NCBI GenBank assembly: GCA_044892525.1
Contig: CM097887.1
Location: 10,912,001 to 10,976,000 of the forward strand
DNA from: Schmidtea polychroa
Lineage: Eukaryota
DNA: 64,000 nt
Direction of reading: 5' to 3'
The position numbers were made by a program, and so were the translations under genes. The notes beneath the pieces were generated by a model. That model made no database searches. It was not told the origin of the DNA and worked only from the letters and a program-made list of their open reading frames with translations. This document shows positions 10,907 through 22,362 of this stretch, piece after piece (position 1 is the stretch's first letter; each line of letters starts with the position of its first letter).

Positions 10907-11051
10907 TAATAATTCAATAAGATATATTTTTCAAAAAAACACTAAAACGAATATTATTCAAACAAAACTTTACATAACTTTTACAAAAGGAGTTTCAAAA
11001 AATCCTTTTTAAATAGAAAAGAAATCAGAGGTGAAAATGAAAAGAAGTTCT

Positions 11052-11052
<1 letters not shown>

Positions 11053-11137
<85 letters not shown>

Positions 11138-11160
11138 TAATAAAGTAATAATAATAATAA
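11053..11160. repeat. (AAT)n microsatellite
   Basis: Direct reading. Confidence 0.95.
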
Positions 11161-11163
11161 TAA

Positions 11164-14100
11164 AGACCGAAAGCTTTGACCCATATTGGTGAGCACAATA
11201 AGGGCTGTAAGATTGAAATAGGTATGTCTGATTTTAAAATTTTATTAAAAAATTTCGATAATTATTGCGAACGTGTGATTTGTGAGGCGTTGTTGATAAA
11301 ATAATTGAATCCGAAAATTAATGTGCAGAATGCAGTAGATACTTGTGTTTTGAGTGTTTTTAATAAGTTTTTTATATTGTATGTATTGATTGTTGTATTA
11401 AATTAAATAATTAATAAAAAATTTTTTAAATTATTAAATTAAATTTTAAATGTTAAAATTTAAAAAAAATAATATATTTTTTATAAAATAAAAAAAATTT
11501 ATATAATTAATAAATTTGTTTAAAATCCTTAATTTAATGAGTTATAATATCCCACCGGATGATGACAGGAAAACTGTCGAAATTAATCGCGAAAAGAATG
11601 TTTGATTGGCGTTATCTTATAATTAAATCATTGCCATAAAATCATGTTTCTGCTGTTCCAGTATTCAAAAGATTATTGGAGACTTTTAATGCACTTAGAA
11701 GAAAAGAACTAGACATTTGTTTTCTTGAGACTTGTCTAGAAGAAAAGATGATTCCCTCGTTCATTTTTAAAATGAAACTTAGTGATTGTCTTTCAAGTAA
11801 AGATGTGCAAATAATACATAAAAGAACGTTAAGAAGAATGTTGGAATTAGAGAAGATAAGGAGAACATCCTTGGATAAAAAACTATTGAATATTGGATTT
11901 ACTTTGAATCAAATAACAAATGAGTTTTGTTTGCAGGTATGTGTTGAATGGTGTATTAAAAATTCAATTTCTCAGTTAAAATCAAAAGAGAATGCTCATA
12001 TCAATAAATTAAAAAATTTGAGAAAATTATTTGGGATCTCTAAATTTAGTGTAGAGAATACATTAATAAACATGAGTAAAGTTGTTTTGTCTGAAGAGGA
12101 GGAGCGTATTTTGAAATTTGGTCCCAATCATTCCATTAAGAAAAGAATGGATGAAACAAAATTATGTGCGAAGATTGAAAGTTTATACTTTCATATACTT
12201 AGATCGATGAAGGATATTAATACTAATTATGTGAAGAGTGTGTTGAGTTCGAGTACGATGGAGTATATTGATAAAAATTAAAAGCAGAATATTTAAGATT
12301 TTACTGTATTAAAAAATTTAGCTAAAAAAGACATCAATATATGCAAGTTTGACAAAGGAAATGGATTGGTAATTCTCGACCACAATGTATATGTAAATAA
12401 GCTTTGTGATGTTTTGAACGCTCCCCAGTTTGTGAAAATAGAGATTTCTCGAAAAAATGGAATACAGCCTCCTCTTAAGGAGGAGAATTTGTTGAAAGAA
12501 ATACTAAATAAATTAATTAAAAATAAGCAAATTGATGAAGAGTTGTTTAAATCTATTCGCCCAATGGGATCACAACCATCAAAAATGTGTGGGCTTCCAA
12601 AAATCCATAAAGATGGCGTGCCTATGAGACCTGTTTTATCCATGATTGGCACTGCCCAGTAAAAAATAGCCAAAATTTTGGATGGATTATTGAAACCATT
12701 AATACGATCAGAATTTGAATGTAAAGATAGTTTTGACTTTGTTTCCTGTATTGCACAATATGATAGACAAAGTATGGATGAAATTATGGTTTCGTTTGAT
12801 GTCTGTAGTCTGTTTACTAATGTACCATTGGTTGAAACAATTGAATTATGTTGCTTGTTATGGAATGAAAATATTTCTGAACATCATATTTTGGATAGAA
12901 CAGCATTTCGTGAACTTCTTGTATTTGCAACTTCAAAAATCAATTTTCTTTTCAATAATGAATGGTATCAACAAATAGATGGAGTTGCTATGGATTCTCC
13001 TTTAGCACTAACGATGGCTTCAATTTTTTTAACAAGCTTAGAAAAGAAAATTGCATCTTTCCAATGTATGAAACCCACTGTTTATAAACGGTATGTGGAT
13101 GATATTTTTTTCTTATATTTGAAAATCAGAGGCATGTTGACCCGTTTTTGCATTATATGAATAGTCTACATAAAAACATTGTATTCACATGTGAAACGGA
13201 GAAAAAATCATCGCTTGCTTTCTTGGATCTGTTAATACAACGCAAAGAGAAACACTATGAGACAGAGATTTATAGAAAACCAACTGATACTGGTCTCTAT
13301 ACTTCTTCCGAAAGTTTTTGTGAATTCAAGTATAAAAGAAATATGGTGAAAGGGTTGATTTATCGAGCATGGTCTTTGTCTTCTACTTTTAAAAATTCAG
13401 TAAAAAGTGTTGATATATTGGTTGAATTGTTAATGAAGAACGGTTATTCAAAATCCTTTTTAGTAATTATGGTGAAAGAGACTGTTGACAAATTTATTAA
13501 AAATCCTAAGGATCCATGTTTGAGAAAATCTGGGTGTGATCTTGTTGAGGTGTGTGAGTCTGATGAGTTAAATAAATTAAATAGTGTGAGCAAGGATGAT
13601 GAGCCTAAATTTGTGTTAGTATTGTCGTACTCAGAAGGTTTTAAGGATTATAAAGTGAAGATAAGAAAGCAGTTAGGGAATTTAAACTATAGGATAGTAT
13701 CAACTTCATGGAAAGTACGCAATATGTTTATTAATAAGTCAAAAACTCCGGTTGAATTGTGTTCCGATCTCGTTTATCAGTTTACATGTAATGAGTGTAA
13801 TGCCACATACATTGGAGAGACTTCCCGTCATCTCTGTATTCGAGCTCGAGAACATTGTAGACCGAAGGTTTTGACTCATATTGGTGAGCACAATAAGGGC
13901 TGTAAGATTAAAATTTATATGTCTGATTTTAAAATTTTATTAAAAAATTTCGATAATTATTGCGACCGTGTGATTTGTGAGGCGTTGTTGATAAAATAAT
14001 TGAATCCGAAAATTAATGTGCAGAATGCAGTAAATACTTGTGTTTTGAGTGTTTTTAAATAGGTTTTTTTATATTGTATGTATTGATTGTTTTATTAAAT

Positions 14101-14294
14101 TAAATAATTAATAAAAATTTTTAAATTATTAAATTAAATTTTAAATGTTAAAATTTAAAAAAAATAATATATTTTTTATAAAATAAAAAAATTTTATATA
14201 ATTTATAAATTTGTTTAAAATCCTTAATTTAATGAGTTATTATATCCCACCTGATAATGACCGGAAAACTGTCGAAATTAATCGTGAAAAAAAT
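11164..14294 (+). mobile_element. Near full-length Penelope-like retroelement with two pLTRs (disrupted)
   Basis: pLTR 11164-11637 and about 13860-14294; RT motifs (GLPKIHK, SFDVCSLFTNV, GVAMDSPL, RYVDD) and GIY-YIG (VYQFTC..C.ATYIGETSR). Confidence 0.95.
11598..13999 (+). pseudogene. PLE RT plus GIY-YIG endonuclease ORF, broken
   Basis: ATG 11598 is in frame with ORFs at 11676, 12366 and 12678; in-frame stops at 11637, 12279 and 12660; frameshift near 13110 into ORF 13148-13999. Confidence 0.9.
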
Positions 14295-14789
14295 NNNNNN
14301 NNNNNNNNNNNNNNNNNNNNNNNNNNNNNNNNNNNNNNNNNNNNNNNNNNNNNNNNNNNNNNNNNNNNNNNNNNNNNNNNNNNNNNNNNNNNNNNNNNNN
14401 NNNNNNNNNNNNNNNNNNNNNNNNNNNNNNNNNNNNNNNNNNNNNNNNNNNNNNNNNNNNNNNNNNNNNNNNNNNNNNNNNNNNNNNNNNNNNNNNNNNN
14501 NNNNNNNNNNNNNNNNNNNNNNNNNNNNNNNNNNNNNNNNNNNNNNNNNNNNNNNNNAATGTTGATTAAAACTTTGAAAATAATAATAATTCTAATAATA
14601 CATCTTCCGCGCGGGCGTTAATATCTTTCCCAATAATAATGATAAATTAAATTATTGTGTAATAGATAATTAAAACAAAAAATATTATTATATAATCAAC
14701 GATTAAAACAAAATTAAATTATTACGTAATCGATAATTAAAACAAAAATAAAAATATTATTATATTATCAATGATTTAAACAAAAAGTA

Positions 14790-16170
14790 ATTATTATGAC
14801 CTTCAAACTTGGACCATCATACTCATCATTGAATTACCTTTTGTTTGATATGTATATTATAAGGTTTTAAAAAATTTGAACCTTGGATCCTTTCGAGGTT
14901 ATGATCTATGAGGATATGACCATCTTACTCACCTTTATATTACCTTTTATTTGACATGTATATATCTATATGTATAATTTTGATAGGTTTTGGAGCCTTT
15001 GAAGGTTTGAAGGTTCAGGACCATTCATAAACCTTTGAAAGTATGACCACGATACTTACATCTCAAATACCTTTTGTTTGATATGTATATTATAAGGTTT
15101 TAAATTTTTAACCTTGGACCCTTCGACCCTTGGACCTTTGAACTCACCATCAAAAATAATATGGTTTGAAAAATATGTAATTTTGGACACCCTTTGAAGG
15201 TTATTGACGCACAATATACCTTCGAGGGTATAACCATTAGATAGACCTCTCAAATACCTTTCGAATGATATATATATATATAATTTTATTATTATAATTA
15301 TTATTATTAATTAATTTTATTATTATTCACTTAAATATTATTATTATTTGTCACGTGTAAATTTAACAAAGACATAAAGATGTGAGTAACAAAGACATTA
15401 TTTGTTACTATGTGAGTCATCGATTACTCATCATTTTAGAACAAAGCATAGAGTATGTGTGCGTTAATTTTTTTTATCCTATCTGTATTCTGATTGGATA
15501 GATATTACATATACTCTATGCTTTTCACATTTTCAAAATGGTCGTGGATGAATAAGTAAATTTTAATTATTATGTTTTTAGGAATTATGAAACCAATTTA
15601 TGAATTATGAAATTTTTTTATGAAATCAATTTTTTATGAAGAATATGAATATGTTTTTATAAAGAAAATTATGACACCTATATCAGAAATGGTAATGTTT
15701 TTTTTATGAAATTACTATGTAATTACTTTGAAAAAATAATAATAATAGTAATAATAATAATTATAATAAAATAATAATATTACATTGAAAATAATAATAG
15801 TAATATTAATAATAATACTATTGATAATATCACCTTTGTTCTAGTGGAGTCTGTTCTAAAAAATAGATGATGAATCTTGTGATGAGTCTTTGTTCTAAAA
15901 GGATGAGTCATCGATGAGTCATACACAGGAGGGTAGTATGCAAAAAATCCCCCCCATTTAAACGATGAGTCATCGAAGAGTCTTTGTCTATATGCCTTTG
16001 TTTAAATGTCTTTGTTTAAATGTCTTTGTTTTAATGTCTTTGTTTAAATGTCTTTGTTTAAATATTTGTTTAAATGTCTTTGTTTAAATGTATTTATTTA
16101 AATGTCTTTGTTTAAATTTCTTTGTTTAAATACTTATTTGAATATTTATTTAAATGTCTTTGTTTAGACT
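14790..16170. repeat. Complex repeat family (gacccttcga/ggaccatcatactcatc subunits, GATGAGTC clusters, 14-bp aatgtctttgttta array at about 15995-16170); related copies at 22590-22870 (inverted) and 24900-25912
   Basis: Shared blocks such as ttaccttttgtttgatatgtatattataaggtttt and tagacctctcaaatacctttcgaatgat. Confidence 0.75.
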
Positions 16171-17229
16171 AGATGGTAAACTAGATGGTTTGCAAGTGGC
16201 CTTCATTTAAAATTCTTGTTATCAGCCGTAAACGAATTTGAGTTATGCAGTCTTTCAGCTGATGCTCAGATTCAGATTGAATCATTTAAAAAATATTTAT
16301 CACCATTTGAATGTGTCTTTATGTGTACAATTTGGATGGAGGTTTTGGTTCTATTGTATGAAACAAATTTCATTCTCCAAGCGCGGAAATCAATATTGAC
16401 AACAGAAAAAATTAATATTGATAAACTTATTGAAGATATAAAGGAAATTAAGTCAAAAAAAAATTGCAGCAGCTAATAGCGTTGTTACAGAATTTATTAC
16501 AAATCGTCAAATAAAAGATCAAGTATCTGCAGAAGCATATTTTCACAACCACATTTTTAACGAGATCATTGATTCTATAATAAATGGGCTTACGCAAAGA
16601 TTTAAAGCTGTTTCCTCAATATGCAAATTATTTGAAGTTTTATGGAATTTTAATGAAATGGAAGAGAAGAGCTTAATTGAAACAGCAAGAATTTTACAAA
16701 CAAAATATGAAAATCAAATAGATGAAGAAATTCTGGAAGAATTTAAATTTCTTAAAAGAGTTTATAAATCAAATTTTAAAAGCTACATGAAACCGTGTGA
16801 GCATTTAAAAGAAATAATCGAAATGGGGTTTTTAAATATTTATCCAAATATTGCTATTGCTCTGAGAATATTTTTAGCCTTGCCAGTTAGCGTAGCAGAG
16901 GCAGAGAGGAGTTTTAGCGCATTCAAACGGATAAAAAATTATTTAAGATCAACCATGATACAGGATCATGTAAATGGTCTGGCGACGCTAAATATTAATT
17001 GGGATATAGCTAGAAATTTGGACTATTCTGAAATTATAATTTCTTTTGCAGCTTTAAAAACTCGAAAAGCGCATTTTTAAATTTTAATTAATATTACTTT
17101 GATATTTATACTTTGATATTCGGAATATATTTTTTTATTTTTGAAATAATAAATTTTTTATCAGCAAAAATTTCATTTTTTGTATATTTTTCATTATATA
17201 GGGGGCCACATATAATGTCAGACCTGGGC

Positions 17230-17232
<3 letters not shown>
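16170..17232 (+). mobile_element. hAT DNA transposon 3' half (transposase pseudogene with dimerisation domain and right end)
   Basis: YPNIAIALRIFLALPVSVAEAERSFSAFKRIKNYLRSTM is the hAT C-terminal dimerisation motif; broken frames; terminus ..GGGCTCTG. Confidence 0.88.

Positions 17233-17315
<83 letters not shown>
17233..17315. repeat. (TA)n microsatellite between two inverted hAT right ends
   Basis: 17145-17232 is the reverse complement of about 17316-17420. Confidence 0.9.
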
Positions 17316-17319
<4 letters not shown>

Positions 17320-17699
17320 GCCTGTTAGAGCCTTTTGGAGGCCCAGGTCTGACATTATATGTGGCCCCCTATATAATGAAAAATATAAAAAAAATGAAAT
17401 TTTTACTGATAAAAAATTTATACAATTAAAATAACAATATAAAAAATGAGAGAATACATTATTGATGACGTTATTGAACATTATTGAACATGAATTTATT
17501 AAGGCTATCTGTGATTTATGTGAATTTGTGTGACGCAAACGTGTTCTAAGCAACAGTGCCGATGTGTTCGACACTATCCTCAACGACATTGTGGTTTTCT
17601 GGCCACCTGGATGACCATTTACAAACTCTTTACAAACATTTGCTGAGTTTGTAACTGTGATTTAGAAAATAAATATAATAAATATAACTTTCCACCATT

Positions 17700-19514
17700 T
17701 TAAACTTACTCCACAACAAAAACTTCGGGGGTGGCCTTCCCAAATTCATGGAGACAATCAAACGAAATGGAGTTAAGAAGGTGAGTAACGGTAACTTGAT
17801 ATATCTCCAGAAACAGAACTCATGTGTCACATAACTGATTAATGAATGGTATAAAAATAAAAGCAATATTACTTTCTTTCTCCTGAACTGACATTGAATG
17901 TTTTTGCACTAAACGATACATTCATTAGGGAAAATGTCACGTTTAAACAATTTGCTGGAATAGAACATGTAATCAGTGTCATCCCAGACGGCATGAATTT
18001 GAGTTTTTATCTTTTCTCCTTCGTTTTAGGAATCAATTACATTTTCAACCGAATTCTAACTGAGAGACTAATCGGCATAGGAGAAAACATAACAGACTAT
18101 ATGAATAAATTTTCTTTTCTCAAACGAAAATTAATTTCAATAGTCACCACAACATCAACCACATTTCCATCACATCTGGCGACCCACACGTATTTGCTTC
18201 TGCTTTCATTGAATTGATTGAAAATTTAATTTTTGACAATCAGGTTTGTCGCACAAGTATTACCGAGTCCCTTAAATCTTATAAAATTCAGCAAACAAAC
18301 GAGATCTCCAGGAACTTAAACTTAATTAACTGTAAAATTAGTGATGAAATCACATCAAAATACATTCATAATTTAAAATTACCCACAAAACTCATGTTTT
18401 TGAATGCTACAATGTGCGCTGCGATTCTTGACGATTGCATTGGATATTTAAATGAATTTTTAGATTGTGAATCACTGATCAAGGCACAAATCATATTTGC
18501 CATCGTAGCACCACAAAATCACGGAAAACCTTGTTTATCATTGATTACCAAACTGATGAGCACTATCTTCTAAATCCAACGACACTGAGTGAATTTAAAA
18601 TGTTACCTACTAAAATGATAAGCAATATAACATTCGATCAGAAATCTGTGCTTCGAATCGGAAACGAATTAATATTCAGATCCTTTGATCAATCTGAACG
18701 CCTGGAGAAATACTACAAAGCCTACCGAAGGCATATATCACAGTTATACAGGCCATTCAAATCCTGCCTAAGCGACAGGATAGCGTCAAAAATCATGAAA
18801 ATTGAATCTGCTATGCTCACCGATCCTGAGCACAAATACTCTGGAGTCCTGCCAATGCTAAAAACCCTTCATCAAAGAAACCAATTATGTTCCCACATAA
18901 CAATCACGTACAACTAAAATGACCCGGAGATGGATATCAACACAAAATTATTCTATAAACTCCTGGCGCGGCAGTCTGACCAGTTTGAGTCTTTCGACAG
19001 CGATTTCTCCATGGACTGGGAATCCCAATCTTACACGCTACTATCTCCTGATGAAAAGATAAATGCTGCGAACTGGCTGAATGCGTTGGGGCCCATGCCC
19101 TTCTCATCTGAGCCACTGGAAGACCACGATGTCCCTATACTTGGAATCAAAGAAATACCAGAACCCACTCCAGATGCCATCACAAATGGAAATAATTTAT
19201 GTATTAATAAATCAATCTTGAACGAATCAGATAATGATCCTTGTGAAACCAGATTAATTTGAAAGACATATATGAAAATGAGAATAAAACTCAACATGCC
19301 CAACGAAATCAAAGCTATGGCAACCAAGAAACTGGAAAATGAACGTAAAACACGGATCGTCGTCATAGCACCATGCATGAATGAATCCAACCATCATCAC
19401 TGCGGATCTATGGAATACCAGAAAGTAATTATGCAAATGAAAACTCGAAAAGAATCTCCCTACAATTATCATCTAAATCCTTTGACCCAGGAAAAATCGA
19501 ATTTATTTATCTGA
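17700..19514 (+). pseudogene. Degraded coding-like region, unassigned (possibly the C-terminal part of a non-LTR retroelement or a viral relic)
   Basis: Chain of same-strand ORFs (17894, 18214, 18531, 18930, 19272) separated by single stops or shifts; weak LLHNKNFGGGLPKF motif. Confidence 0.3.
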
Positions 19515-19662
19515 TGATCAGTGATAGTGTTTGTTGTTTATTTTTGGTTGTATCTCTATTATGCTTAATTTACGCAAATCTTTTTGAGTAATGCATTGAA
19601 TGCTAAGCGAAAATTAATGATTTATTAATAATTATGTATAATTGTCATATGTATATATGTTA

Positions 19663-19957
19663 CAGTGAATTTGTATTACCAGTGAGAATATATTTTCACT
19701 AACGTTTCAGTGAATTCATATCCGAACATTTATTTTGAACTTACACATTAAATATAATTACATATTTAGAAAAATTAAAAAACTTTTAAAAACACTTCGC
19801 AGCTAGATGAAAGGGCGACATATCAATGAATACAAACTCACTAAATGTAACCAGTGGATTTGTATCTTCATTGTTAGATATACATTCACTGACCGGCTTA
19901 GCGAAAATATATTTTCACCAGTGAAAATATATTCTCATTGGTAATACAAATTCACTG
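19663..19957. mobile_element. Tc1/mariner-type MITE
   Basis: TA-CAGTGAATTTGTATTACCA...TGGTAATACAAATTCACTG-TA; TIR about 40 bp. Confidence 0.75.
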
Positions 19958-20141
19958 TAACATATATATATATATATATTTAAAAGTAAATTAGATAAAA
20001 ATATTAGTTATTTATAAAAGTTGAACTAATTATCTTATATATAAAGTATAATACTAATATTTATAAAGTTAAAGTAATAATGTTAAATTAATGAAGCAAA
20101 TTTGTTATAATTTGGTGATATAATAAACTTGGCAAAATTTA

Positions 20142-20501
20142 AGGTACTTCCGTGTTATCTTACCCCCAAAAATTAAATTATGAAATACAATTAAAATAAC
20201 AATATAAAAAATGAGAGAATACATTATTGATAACGTTATTGAACATTATTGAAAATGAATTTATTAAGGCTATCTGTGATTTATGTGAGTTTATGTGGCG
20301 CAAACGTGTTCTAAGCTACAGTGCTGATGTGTTCGTCACTATTCTCAACGACATGGTGGTTTTCTGGCCACCTGGATGACCATTTACAAACTCTTTACAA
20401 ACATTTGCTGAGTTTGTAACTGTGATTTAGAAAATAAATATAATAATTATATGTGTTCTTTTTTAATTTAATTTTTGGGGGTAAGATAACATGGAAGTAC
20501 C
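20142..20501. mobile_element. MITE with about 38-bp TIRs; internal part also present at about 17430-17676
   Basis: ggtacttccgtgttatcttacccccaaaaattaaatta ... taatttaatttttgggggtaagataacatggaagtacc. Confidence 0.7.
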
Positions 20502-20659
20502 GAATTTAAAATAATACCTACTTAAATTTTATACGCAGCTCATCGGCCTATCGGCCGATTCGCTTGACCATAGGACAGTTTGGCATTTGCATTACTGTAT
20601 TTGTCCTCTATCATATACACCATAATTTATAAAGGTATAATTTTTATTCTATGTTTATA

Positions 20660-22362
20660 TATGGTGTCTCAAATCTCCTCATTCAAAGCCCTCCCGTCAG
20701 GACTACAAGGACTTTAATATCCTGCCCACTGAAGGCATAACAATTGCCCACTACATCCTCAAGAAATTTATCACCTGATTGCACCAACGATTCCAGTTGA
20801 AAATTCCTCGAGGCCTCAACAAGACAACTCATTGCTACGCATACAACAACCCATGAACGACGCCAACTTCAAACAGCTATAACAAAGTCCTATCTGATCC
20901 TGCATCCCGTCATAAATAACTATCGATCCGGAGGAATCCCACAGAAAATAAATACCGTCATTGGTAAACCGCAACACAGAATCGAATAACGAATTTGTAA
21001 TCCTGAACTGTTTGCAGCGCTCAATGTGGTGGTGTTCACTGAGTTATCTACTATCGTGCCTGCTTTTGTCCAAAATCTTCGATTTTGTCGACTCTCTGTG
21101 TTTATGGTTTTTACTGTGATCGTTTTCTTTCTACTTGAACAGGTGCTGTTTGTGTGTCTTAATATGGTTAACTACAGCTGTTTCCTATACATGATGCTCA
21201 AATCTGGAAACCTGTCCCTTAAACTGATCTCTAGCATCACTCTTGAACCGAACCTCAGAGGCCGACCTTCGAATTGCCAACTCAATCACGAACCGTGATA
21301 AACCGATAACAAATGGTGAAATTCTGCTACGTTTTGGTGTGCTCTAACAATCCATAACCCCGGCTCCTCAATCACTTGATTTATACCAATGCAATAATAT
21401 TCCCAAACACACAGATGCAGCTCGAACATCACAATGATCCAGTACCAATCCGGTGATATCCCCAATCATTTTCCCATAGCTGGCTATGGAAAAATTTTGA
21501 AAAATGTTTGACGCTTGAGTCCTAGACTCGGCGTCCTATGATTGTTATATAAAAACTCTTTAATGAAGGTTCGAGAATTTCTCCCCTTATGCCTTAATTG
21601 CCCTGTCATGTATTTGATCTTAAAATAAAACTTTTCCAAAAAGTTATCTCCCTACCTGCAAAATTCTTAGAAACAAAATTAATGAAATCAGTGAATCACT
21701 TGGCCGTGTATTATATACTGGTAATTGTCTTCATGACACTTGAGGATCAGGTCTAGTCAGTAAAATCTTGGTATGCGCGTCCATCCAAAACTATGCCAAA
21801 GACTTATCGCTTACGAATTTGAACCTGCGCGAAATTCGTAATGTCGTCAGCTCATTTATCCCAATTGTAAATGATTTTAATAGGAAAAAGACTATAAGAC
21901 CAACCAAGAGTAATAAAAATAAAGAGGGGAATGCAAATTTTGAATTGCGTAAGCTCAAAGTATTAGAATTACTGAGAAGAGTGACAGATATCAGTGTTAA
22001 TGAAATCATTGGCGTTATCATTGAGCAATTCCCTGACAAATTAAAATCAACTCATAAGCCAGTTGGGAAATAAAACGAAATTACCTTCAAAAATCAACAA
22101 GGGTAAATTAATCGCAAAATTCATGACTGATATGAAATCAGCAGTCAATAAAATCTTCAACAATATAAATATCACGGTGATACCAAAATTTGTTATGCAG
22201 TTTATGCACAAAACACCTTTAGGTAAATCATGGGATAAAATATTTGAGTTCTGTAAACGTTCCCAAAATAAACTTTATTTAATTTTGCTCACATGTGATG
22301 AAGTACTTTTCGAACTGAAAAAAGATGACAACACAAGTCTTGGTATTGATGGAATACAATAT
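20660..22362 (+). pseudogene. N-terminal part of a degraded non-LTR (possibly R2/NeSL-like) retrotransposon, cut by a gap
   Basis: TCDEVLFELKKDDNTSLGIDGIQY resembles the pre-RT S-x-G-x-DG motif; long stop-riddled frames upstream. Confidence 0.45.

Larger units (their letters stand above)
6415..10979 (-). mobile_element. Complete Ty3/Gypsy LTR retrotransposon (4565 bp), very recent insertion
   Basis: Two identical 115-bp LTRs (6415-6529, 10865-10979) with AGTTATG..CATAACT ends; 5-bp TSD TTTAC (6410-6414, 10980-10984); PBS, PPT, intact gag and pol. Confidence 0.97.

Noticed and set aside
10981-17589. Poly-Tyr and (YI)n ORFs at 10981-11196, 17113-17328 and 17218-17589
   Set aside because: Translations of (AAT)n and (TA)n microsatellites
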